Positions 24,547 to 35,360 of a stretch of DNA of 64,000 bases are shown here, in pieces; the stretch's first letter is position 1, and every line of letters starts with the position of its first letter. The translations under genes and the position numbers were made by a program. The notes under the pieces were generated by a model that was given only the letters and a program-made list of their open reading frames with translations, made no database searches and had not been told where the DNA came from. The DNA comes from Octopus sinensis. Its lineage: Eukaryota. The stretch spans positions 3,968,001-4,032,000 of the forward strand of contig NC_043003.1 in assembly GCF_006345805.1 (NCBI RefSeq), given 5' to 3'.

Positions 24547-24743
24547 TAATACGTGACAATTATTCGGTAGCCAAGATAAAACTCAGAGTTTCGGATGCCG
24601 AGGTGGAAATCCACACTACCATCTCTTCAGTTATCCGTTATTATAGGATGGCTGGATAACCGAAGAGATGGTGTTGTGGATTTCCACCTCGGCATCCGAA
24701 ACTCAGAGTTTTATCTTGGCTACTGAATAATTGTCACATATTA
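24547..24743. repeat. Palindrome, 90-bp arms (6 mismatches), 17-nt loop, each arm a type I hammerhead fold
   Basis: Arms 24547-24636 and 24654-24743. Confidence 0.9.
24575..24635 (-). ncRNA. Predicted minimal type I hammerhead ribozyme (intact CUGAAGA core)
   Basis: GAUAA-CUGAAGA-GAUG..GUGGA/CCAC..CAUCC-GAAAC-UCUGA-GUU-UUAUC; stem I GAUAA/UUAUC. Confidence 0.65.
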
Positions 24744-26664
24744 CATTTAGAGATAAATTCCTCTATTTACATAATATTGAGGTCTCTTTCTTTCTTTCGT
24801 TATCTTACCGTTTTTACCAATATATATATATATATATATTTATATATAATCATCATCATCGTTTAATGTCTGTTTTCCATGCTAGCACAGGTTATATATA
24901 TATACCCACACACACCTGCATGTGTGGGTTTATAAATATGTACATACATATGTGTGTATATGTGTATATACAAATCTATATGTATATATACACTCTTAAA
25001 GCATTTTATTTGTTGGCTACAGGTTTCCAACAGACCCAATCACTGTATGACGGTGGTGGTGGTGGTGATGGTGACTGGTGGTGGTGGTGGTGGTGAAATG
25101 TTGAAGTAATCCACCCAACATTAGAGTCTATGTTATGTTGTAGGTGTGTGACCTTTAGCTAGACTTGGTTCTGTAATGTTACATCTAACAGTGTAGAGGG
25201 GGTGGGCGGTGGCGGTGGTGGTGGGGGTAGTGATAGTCATGGTGGACAGCTGCAGTATTCTACACACACACAATCTTTTCACACTGCCTGTATATGTGTC
25301 ATTGTGTGTGTGTGTGTGTGTATCTTTATATATCTGTGTGTTACATTAAACGAAGTCTGTGTGTGTGTTTATGTTAACAGTGATATGTGTATGCATGCAA
25401 GTCTGTAAAGTAGTGCAGCAGTGTGCATGTGTGTGTGTGTGTGTGTGTGTGCATATATATAAAATAACGTAAAGCTCCTCCCTGAGTCATAGGGATTTGT
25501 AGGGACAGCTTTTCGGGTTTCTGTGGAGGATAATATTCCTTCTGCTGGACGGGACGCCAGTCCGTCAGGATTATGCATTCCTGCCAGCTGAGTGGACTGG
25601 AGTAACATGAAACGAAGGCTTTGCTCAAGAACATTATGCATCACCCAGCCCTGGAATCGAAACCATAATCTTATGACCATGAGTGCAGCCCTGTAGCCAC
25701 CGGGCCACAGCCCTGAATATGCATAGACATCATCCTCATCATTGAACATCTGTTTTCCACGTTGGCAGGGGTCGGATGGTTTGATAGGGACTGGGAAGCC
25801 AGAGAGCTGCACCAGGCTCCAGTTGTCTGTTTTGGCCTGGTTTCTATGGCTGAATGCCTTTCCTAATGCCAACCACTACAGAGTGGACTAGCTGCTTTCT
25901 ATGTGGCACCATCACCAATGCTTTCCATGTGGAACGGCACTGGCACAACTACTCTACACATGGCTCCAGCGCATATTTATACCTGTCTGATTATCTATCT
26001 ATATACTTACCTTCCTTCTTTGGGATGGTCAGGTGTGTGGTACAAAGATTTGTTACTAATTAATTAGTTCACAGTCTTAATGGTTTTCTGTCAGTTGAAT
26101 AAATTAGTTTGGCTACTTTTTCAATTAAAACCAAAACTAATCTTCTATTGCTTTTGACCCTGTACTCCTGTCTGCTCCCTGGCCCCATACTCCTGTCTAT
26201 TCCCCTGTTTTATCAGGTCTGAGGAATATCCTTGGATATCGACATAAAACTCTGAGTGAAAGACTTTTGTTTACTAGGAATCCTAAGATTATGATCCGAG
26301 AATTATAATCCCTGGACTTCAAAATCCTCTTGCTTAAATATTTGCTCCCATTTCAGTGTTGACTTCTCTTTTCTTTGGAAATATTACTGTCAGCAAAATA
26401 CTTAGACACACACAAACATATTATATAATCATCATCATCATCATCATTGTCGTTTAACATCCACTTTCCATGCTGGCATAGGTTGGACGGTTTGACTGAG
26501 GACTGGCAAACCAGGAGGCTGTACCAGGCTCCAATATGATCTGGCAAAGTTTCTACAAGTGATGCCTTTCCTAACACCAACCACTCCGAGAGTGTAGTGG
26601 GCATATATATATATATATATATATATATTAGCAATGATTTCAATTTAGTAACATGCAGTTAGGT

Positions 26665-26971
26665 ACATTATTTACATTTGATGGATATTTGTCCTCATCA
26701 TTTGCGTAGTGGTTAAGAACACAAGCTACTAACCCCAAGATTCTGAGTTCGATTCCAGGCAGTGACCTGAATAATAATAATAATAATAATAATAACATTG
26801 AAAAATACCTTAGGAATGAGAACCCAGGTTCAAAATTTCCCCCAAGACACCTGATGAAGGCTGGAGAGTATATCAGCTGAAATGTTGTGTCAACAACAAA
26901 TGAGATGAGGACAAATATCCGTCGAATGTAAATAGTGTAAATAATTCCTCATCTCTTAAAAATAGAACTGT
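26665..26971 (+). mobile_element. tRNA-headed short element with embedded hammerhead, inverted 5' tail copy and 12-bp TSD
   Basis: TSD ATGCAGTTAGGT at 26653-26664 and 26972-26983; A box 26702-26712; B box AGTTCGATTCC 26746-26756; (AAT)n; inverted repeat 26664-26699 / 26905-26940. Confidence 0.8.
26846..26891 (+). ncRNA. Predicted minimal type I hammerhead ribozyme
   Basis: GACAC-CUGAUGA-A-GGCUG-gagaguauau-CAGCU-GAAA-UGUU-GUGUC; stem I GACAC/GUGUC perfect. Confidence 0.7.
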
Positions 26972-27544
26972 ATGCAGTTAGGTGTCCCACAGGGTTTCGT
27001 ATGTAGTGCCCTCCTGATTATTAAAAGCCCTCCAGGCAATAAGAGAGCTGTTAAAGATAAGTTAGTGTGGTAATGTCTGTACACCATATCAATGTGATTC
27101 CAAGGAGAGAAGCAAAACCTGGAACTTTAAGGTGTGAACGTAAACCAAGAAGAGACTAAAGTTTTATTTAGAAGGGAAGAAAACATGATAGTACCACTGC
27201 TGCCACCTGGAGAGTGGTTACACCTGATAGGCAGAAAAAAAGCAGGCATGGCTGTGTGGTAAGAAGCTTGCTTCCCAACCACATGGTTCTGGGTTCAGTC
27301 CCACTGCATGCCACTTTAGGCAAGTGTTTTCTACTCTAGCCTCAGGCCAACCAGAGCCTTTTAAATGGATCTGGTAGACAAAAACTGAAAGAATCCCATC
27401 GTATATGCAAATATATTGTGACTAAGGAGTCTTTGACACTTATTTCTAGCAATTTTGGGGGCCTATTGCCCCTTTTGGTCACTTTTAGTGACAGTGAATT
27501 TTTCCTTCTTGGTTTGAAATTGCTTCCAGTCACTTTTATTATTT

Positions 27545-27575
<31 letters not shown>

Positions 27576-27587
27576 CTTATATATATA

Positions 27588-27750
27588 GGTGCAGGAGTGG
27601 CTGTGTGTTAAGTAGTTTGCTTACTAACCACATGGTTCTAGGTTCAGTCCCACTGTGTGGCACCTTGGGCAAGTGTCTTCTACTATAGCCTCGGGCCAAC
27701 CAATGCCTTGTGAGTGGATATGGTAGATGGAAACTGAAAGAAGCCTGTCG

Positions 27751-27790
<40 letters not shown>

Positions 27791-27990
27791 AGTCTGTGTT
27801 TGTCTCCACCAACATAGCTTGACAACCGATGTTGGTGTGCTTACATCCCCGTAACTTAGCAGTTCAGCAAATGAGACTGATAGAATAAGTACTAGGCTTA
27901 CAAAGGATAAGTCCTGGGGTCGATTTGTTCAACTAAAGGCTGTGCTCCAGCATGGCCGCAGTCAAATGACTGAAACAAATAAAAGAATAA
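27588..27990 (+). mobile_element. SINE family B, full length
   Basis: GGTGCAGGAGTGGCTGTGTG to ACTGAAACAAATAAAAGAAT with internal (TA)n(TG)n. Confidence 0.85.
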
Positions 27991-27994
27991 TATA

Positions 27995-28160
27995 TATATC
28001 TCCTTGTTTCTCTCCTTGTTTCTTTTCTGTGTCCCTTTCTGTAGAAGAGCATAGGCTCGAAACGTAAAAGACTTTTTCTATTCCTTAGCGTTATACTAAT
28101 ACATCTGTTTGTTTTGTACACCACCCGTCTTCGTCTTTTGTTATTTTTTCGTAAACTCTC
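27995..28160 (+). mobile_element. Short repeat with degenerate hammerhead-like motif (second copy 41645-41815)
   Basis: CTTT-CTGTAGA-A-GAGC-ATAG-GCTC-GAAAC-GTA-AAAG at 28035-28070. Confidence 0.6.
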
Positions 28161-29134
28161 CCCTGATATATATATATATACTGATATATACTGGGGTTGA
28201 TTTGTGCAACTAAAACTCTTGAAGGCAGTGCACCAGCATGGCCACAGTCTATTGAGTTAAGGAAGTCAGAAATAAAAGGTACCGAGTGTAAATTATGGGT
28301 GCATAAGAGGTGGAGAGGGGTCACAGGCAGGCTGACAGAGAAGGGGCAGTTTGTATGAAGGTGATGTAGAAGAGGGGGAAGTGGGGTCACTGGCGTCGCA
28401 TTTCATACTAAATGTCTGTGTCACAGATCAAGTGACACGGGTATTGTGACAGTAGTACTTCCTATGTGACGCAGATCCTGTGTCCCTGTCTCTCCCCCCC
28501 CCACTCGCTGTGTTACAAGCTGTGACATTGGTCAAATAAAATAAAAAGGATTAAATAAATTTTGAATATTTGTCTTTTGAGGAGCAAAAATTATTCGTCA
28601 TGATATTGTAACACCTGTGTCTGTCTGTTTGTCCCTGCGTATGTAGACCGTTAGATAGAAATGTTGTTGGTGGGAAGGGGTGGGGGACTAGTACTAAACG
28701 ATATAATTTAACTGTTATTGACCTTTGTGCTCCAGTATGAACTGTGAGACTTTTGGCTGTACAACTGAATGTCTGCACACACACACACACACACACACGT
28801 ACATGTGTATGTTGTGTGTGTGTCCGTGTGTCCTAGAGATTATTGCAACGCTGATGGCATTATCATGTCTTTCTGGCCACATGTTGCTGCCATTTCTCCA
28901 AATTCTTGTCTTATTGTTCCAAACTATAAAATGTCTTTAGAACAACAACAACAACAATCATCGCAACCGTTGTTGTTGTTGTTGTGGTTGTTGTAATGAG
29001 ACAAACCGTTCCGTCAGCTGCTGGTTCCCAGAATTTATTTCTCATGGAGATGCGTTAAAGATGGCTTTTGTTCCGGCAATGTGTTTCTTTAAAAATCTCC
29101 CCAGCTTCTTTCATGAAACTCGTCTGAATGAAGA

Positions 29135-29170
<36 letters not shown>

Positions 29171-29373
29171 TCTTATTGTCTATGGTTTTGTGTCATGACA
29201 GTAAAACACAACCCACACTTTCCTTCCTCCTCTCCTCCTCTCCTTCCTCCTCCGTTACTTTCAAAAGCAACAAATGACATTATATAAGCAGGCACTCTCT
29301 GTACTTTTGATTCAGATATTGATCAAGTGTAGAAGCAGTTTTTAACCGTGATAATAAGATATAGATACGTGTA

Positions 29374-29418
<45 letters not shown>

Positions 29419-29576
29419 GCTTGTGTATATGTCTGTGCACGTGTGCATGCATGTATGTGTATATGTGTACTTGTATACATATGTATATGTACGTGTTTTT
29501 ACTGTTACACTGACATTGTGTGTGTGTGTGTGTGTATAGCAGAGAACAGTTTACGTCTTACAGTTTTGTCAGTTCT

Positions 29577-31660
29577 TATACATACAGTTTGATGTATATA
29601 TCCTTATACACACTGTCAGATGTCCTCATATTTATACATACAGTTTGATGTATATATCCTTATACACACTGTCAGATGTCCTCATATTTATACATACAGT
29701 TTGATGTATATATCCTTATACACACTGTCAGATGTCCTCATATTTATACATACAGTTTGATGTATATATCCTTATACACACTGTCAGATGTCCTCATATT
29801 TATACATACAGTTTGATGTATATATCCTTATACACACTGTCAGATATCCTCATATTTATACATACAGTTTGATGTATATATCCTTATACACACTGTCAGA
29901 TGTCCTCATATTTATACATACAGTTTGATGTATATATCCTTATACACACTGTCAGATTCCTCATATTTATACATACAGTTTGATGTATATATCCTTATAC
30001 ACACTGTCAGATGTCCTCATATTTATACATACAGTTTGATGTATATATCCTTATACACACTGTCAGATGTCCTCATATTTATACCTACAGTTTGATGTAT
30101 ATATCCTTATACACACTGTCAGATATCCTCATATTTATACATACAGTTTGATGTATATATCCTTATACACACTGTCAGATGTCCTCATATTTATACATAC
30201 AGTTTGATGTATATATCCTTATACACACTGTCAGATATCCTCATATTTATACATACAGTTTGATGTATATATCCTTATACACACTGTCAGATGTCCTCAT
30301 ATTTATACATACAGTTTGATGTATATATCCTTATACACACTGTCAGATGTCCTCATATTTATACATACAGTTTGATCTATATATCCTTATACACACTGTC
30401 AGATGTCCTCATATTTATACATACAGTTTGATGTATATATCCTTATACACACTGTCAGATATACTCATATTTATACATACAGTTTGATGTATATATCCTT
30501 ATACACACTGTCAGATATCCTCATATTTATACATACAGTTTGATGTATATATCCTTATACACACTGTCAGATGTCCTCATATTTATACATACAGTTTGAT
30601 GTATATATCCTTATACACACTGTCAGATATCCTCATATTTATACATACAGTTTGATGTATATATCCTTATACACACTGTCAGATATCCTCATATTTATAC
30701 ATACAGTTTGATGTATATATCCTTATACACACTGTCAGATGTCCTCATATTTATACATACACTTTGATGTATATATCCTTATACACACTGTCAGATGTCC
30801 TCATATTTATACATACAGTTTGATGTATATATCCTATACACACTGTCAGATGTCCTCATATTTATACATACAGTTTGATGTAATATCCTTATACACACTG
30901 TCAGATGTCCTCATATTTATACATACAGTTTGATGTATATATCCTTATACACACTGTCAGATATCCTCATATTTATACATACAGTTTGATGTATATATCC
31001 TTATACACACTGTCAGATGTCCTCATATTTATACATACAGTTTGATGTATATATCCTTATACACACTGTCAGATGTCCTCATATTTATACATACAGTTTG
31101 ATCTATATATCCTTATACACACTGTCAGATGTCCTCATATTTATACATACAGTTTGATGTATATATCCTTAACACACTGTCAGATATACTCATATTTATA
31201 CATACAGTTTGATGTATATATCCTTATACACACTGTCAGATATCCTCATATTATACATACAGTTTGATGTATATATCCTTATACACACTGTCAGATGTCC
31301 TCATATTTATACATACAGTTTGATGTATATATCCTTATACACACTGTCAGATATCCTCATATTTATACATACAGTTTGATGTATATATCCTTATACACAC
31401 TGTCAGATATCCTCATATTTATACATACAGTTTGATGTATATATCCTTATACACACTGTCAGATGTCCTCATATTTATACATACACTTTGATGTATATAT
31501 CCTTATACACACTGTCAGATGTCCTCATATTTATACATACAGTTTGATGTATATATCCTTATACACACCGTCAGATGTCCTCATATTTATACATACAGTT
31601 TGATGTATATATCCTTATACACACTGTCAGATGTCCTCATATTTATACATACTGTTTGCT
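29577..31660. repeat. 56-bp satellite, about 37 highly homogeneous copies
   Basis: Unit TTATACATACAGTTTGATGTATATATCCTTATACACACTGTCAGATGTCCTCATAT; period 29585 to 29641. Confidence 0.97.
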
Positions 31661-31814
31661 GTATACCTACATATATATACTCCCTGACGTGGGTATAGAA
31701 TCTGTTAGTCTAATGCCTCCATCTTGACTTTAGGTATCTTTAATCAGGGCTGTGACTCCATTGTAAGTATTTAAGACACATCTGTGGGTTGGGGTTAACC
31801 TTATCTTTTTAACC

Positions 31815-31982
31815 CAGTGGTTCCCAACCCTTTCACTGCCGAGGACCCCTTTTATTTAAATGAGCTTTCTCACAGACCCCAGGATGTTGAAAGGTCTGTC
31901 AGCTTAACCATGTTCACGAACCACCCAGTACTAACTTTGCGCGCCACCAGGGGTCCCCGGACCACAGGTTGGGAAATAACTG
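31815..31982. mobile_element. hAT-type MITE with perfect 8-bp TSD
   Basis: TTTTAACC|CAGTGGTTCCCAACC...GGTTGGGAAATAACTG|TTTTAACC. Confidence 0.9.
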
Positions 31983-32533
31983 TTTTAACCCACTAAATCT
32001 CAAAGATCCTGAAAAAAGGCAGAAACGGGATCCTTCCCCTTCTGTGTAAGAAACTTCAAATAATTGTGTGTGGGGGGTGGGGGTGGGGGATAAATGTTGG
32101 TCTATTGCTGTGAAGAGAACTGGGATAAATGTGGGTTTATGGACAATAGGTAACATAGTTGACTTGTTTTTGCAGTTATTTAACAAATCACATAGAATTA
32201 CACTTAATTGTCCGATGTCTCTTGCTTGCTTCTTTGTGTTGGTTTTAATATCACCTTTACCATTCACTGGCAGCAATACTATACTTACACACACACACTT
32301 TGTGGATCTGTGTGTGTGTGCGTGTGTGAGTCACTGTTGTTGTATGTGACAGTGTATGTATGGTAATGTGTGTGTGTGTGTGTGTGTGCGTTGAGGACAT
32401 TCATTATTTGAGAAGGAAGAGTGCTGGGCCATAGAAATGAACTAAGTTTGTGAGGAAACGTGCAGGAAGTGATTAGGTCTATATATATATATATACACAC
32501 ACATATACATATATATGTGTGTGTGTATGTATG

Positions 32534-32568
<35 letters not shown>

Positions 32569-32860
32569 TTGTGTGTGTGAGTGAGTATGTAATTTAGTTA
32601 CTGTTTGGCAAGTGAATCTATGATTGTGGAGAATGAAATAGTTAAGAGAAGTCGGTTAATGTGAGTTGATTGGAAAGTTTGTGGCCGACAGCTGAACCGA
32701 AAGTGTTTGTGGAACAGTTGTGAATCAGCTGAGAGAGATTCATTGAAATAAAGCCACAGAGTAATTTACTGCTGGACAATGGCTAGTTGAAATAGCAACA
32801 GCCATGATACAATTGCTGGAAGTTGCCCATTATCTGCTTGATCTAAAACTGGACTCTCCC

Positions 32861-32896
<36 letters not shown>

Positions 32897-33101
32897 CCTG
32901 TCTCTCTCTCTCTCTCTCTCTCCCTGTCTCTCTCTGTCTCTCTCTCTCTCTCTCTGGTTTCCTTGTCTCATGTTTTAGTAAAACAACGAAATTAGCAAAC
33001 GTTAGATTACTTCTTTCTTTGTCAAGTGTTTAATGAAGGTTGATTCGAAGAGGGAAGGGGCAGGCTACTGTCCTGCCCATTGTGTCTTCTAGAGGTCGGG
33101 A

Positions 33102-33135
<34 letters not shown>

Positions 33136-33429
33136 TTGTCATTGATGCTGTTAATCAGTGGCTCTAGTCTAATTAATGATTAAAACTCTTATTTAAATAG
33201 ACTCATCATCATCTGCATTGTTGTTGTTGTCGTTGTCACCATCATAATTGGTACCGGGCCTCCTCATAATCATCATCATCATCATCACCACAGTGATTGT
33301 TACATCACAGATACGGAGTGACTACAGAGGTCCAGCTTGACCTAATGTATCAGGTTGACACAAGGGGACCAGTTTAAGGGGCCAGTTTGATGAAAGAAGT
33401 CAAGAGTGTCTGTCTTGAAGGACAGCATA

Positions 33430-33612
33430 GCTAACGTCTGCCATTACGTTCTGAGTTCAAATTCCGCCGAGGTCGACTTTGCCTTTCATCCTTTCAGGGT
33501 CGATAAATAAAGTACCAGTTACGCACTGGGGTCGATGTAATTGACTTAATCCCTTTATCTGTCCTAGTTTGTCCCCTCTGTGTTTAGCCCCTTGTGGGTA
33601 GTAAAGAAATAT
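33430..33612 (+). mobile_element. SINE family C
   Basis: GAGTTCAAATTCCGCCGAGGTCGACTTTGCC...GTGGGTAGTAAAGAAATA. Confidence 0.8.
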
Positions 33613-34029
33613 AATGAGAGACAATAGCTGTGAGGTTAAGGTTGTGAATTATTTGAACACAGGGTTCATATCTTACTTGTACCAAGATGTTAGTTTAGGA
33701 AATAAGGTCTTGAACTGGGCTTGTTTCTGGTTTATCTCACTGAACAAATAACACCACTACCACCACCACCACCAAGAGCCCCAAACAGCACCACCATCAC
33801 CACCATTGCCAATATTACCACCAACTCCACCACCACCAATACAAACAATGCTAAACCCCAACTAGTGATCCCTCGCCGCCTCCACAAGGGTGAGGTGGTA
33901 GGGGGCAGTGGTTGTTCCTGTCATTATTTATGAGGAGGGTGGCGATGGAGGAAGCGATGCCCCCCTCCACTCCCTTTATAAAACCAAGATATGGAGTGTT
34001 GCAGAGGAAAGATAATGCTTCAATATATT

Positions 34030-34390
34030 TATTCCTTTATTTGTTTCAGTCATTTGACTGTGGCCATGCTGGAGCACCGCCTTTAGTCAAACAAACTGAC
34101 CCCAAGACTTATTCTTTGTCAGTCTAGTACTTATTCTGTCAGTCTCGTTTGCTGAACTGCTAAGTTACAGGGATGTAAACTCATCAATATCAGTTATCAA
34201 GCAAAGGAGGTGGGGACAAACACACACACACATATACGACAGGCTTCTTTCAGTTTCCATCTACCAAATCCACTCACAAGGCTCTGGTCAGCCCAACACT
34301 ATAGTAGAGGACAATTGTCCAAGGTGCCACGCAGTGGGACTGAACCTGGAACCATGTGGATGGGAGCCAAGCTTACCACAGCCATTTCTG
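34030..34390 (-). mobile_element. SINE family B, diverged
   Basis: TTGTTTCAGTCATTTGACTGTGGCCATGCTGG...CTTACCACAGCC. Confidence 0.75.
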
Positions 34391-34407
34391 CATCTATTTA
34401 TATATAT

Positions 34408-34755
34408 ATATCATCATCATCATTTAGCATCTGCTTTCCATGTTGGGATGGGGTTAGACAGTTTGACTGGAAATGGTAAGCTGGAGAGTTGCACCAGATT
34501 CCAGTCTGACTTGGCATAGTTTCTGTGGCTGGATGCTATTCATATTAAATGAATAAAGAAAAATATGCCCTTGAGAACATTTTTAAAAGGTGTTAGGAAG
34601 AGCATTGGCGTTAGGAAGGGCATCCAGCTGTAGAAACTCTGCCAGATCAAGATTGGGGCCTGGTGCAGCCATCTAGTTAGCCAGTCCTCGGTCAAAATCG
34701 TCCAACCCATGCTAGCATGGAAAGCGGACATTAAACGATGATGATAATAATGATG
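34408..34755. repeat. Head-to-head inverted pair of family A tails
   Basis: Minus copy 34408-34540 and plus copy 34605-34755. Confidence 0.75.
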
Positions 34756-35157
34756 ACTAACATTTAAAAAAAAAATATAACATTACTCAACATGACTTGA
34801 AGTTCTGTAAGTAGGAGACAGTTTAAGCTTTCTCAGTTTTTAAACTGTTTTAATCGATTTATTTGTATCTCTGATGAGAAAAATGTGACTATGTGTATCG
34901 GGTGGAAAACTCGCCCAATAGAAATGCATTCCTCGAAACGGCTGTAAGGTTTTGTAATACTTATTTTCTTTGGATTGTAATAATGGGGCACCTGAAACCT
35001 AACATCTTGGTGAATGTTTTTTATGTATTTTGTATTCCAATGATAAAGGAACTTGACCTACGAAAATCTGTCATCCACTTTGATTTTTGTTATATATATA
35101 TATTTCATTTTTGGATTTGGTTTGCAAGATTTTTTATGGGAGTTCATGTGTTGAAGC

Positions 35158-35360
35158 ATATACTGTTGTGTCTGGGGAGAGTCATTCTCTTTTGGTGGCT
35201 TATAATTTAACACACTCACCAGTAAAATTTACATTGAAAAGGTTGCAAGACGCAATGAAAATTTTAGGAAAATAAATAAATGAGTGGAAATTTTACCAGT
35301 GAGTGTGTCAAATTATAAGGCACTAAAAGAGAATGACTCGCCCCAGACACAACAGTATAT
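35158..35360. mobile_element. MITE with 73-bp TIRs (6 mismatches), TA-flanked
   Basis: ATATACTGTTGTGTCTGGGG...AAAATTT (35158-35230) / AAATTTT...CCCCAGACACAACAGTATAT (35288-35360). Confidence 0.8.

Noticed and set aside
26215-26270. CTGAGGA-ATATC/GATAT hairpin resembling a hammerhead
   Set aside because: GAAA is absent (GACA/AAAAC) and no stem I is present; at best a decayed relic.
29577-31660. CRISPR-like array
   Set aside because: Pure tandem repeat with no unique spacers, no cas genes and a eukaryotic context.
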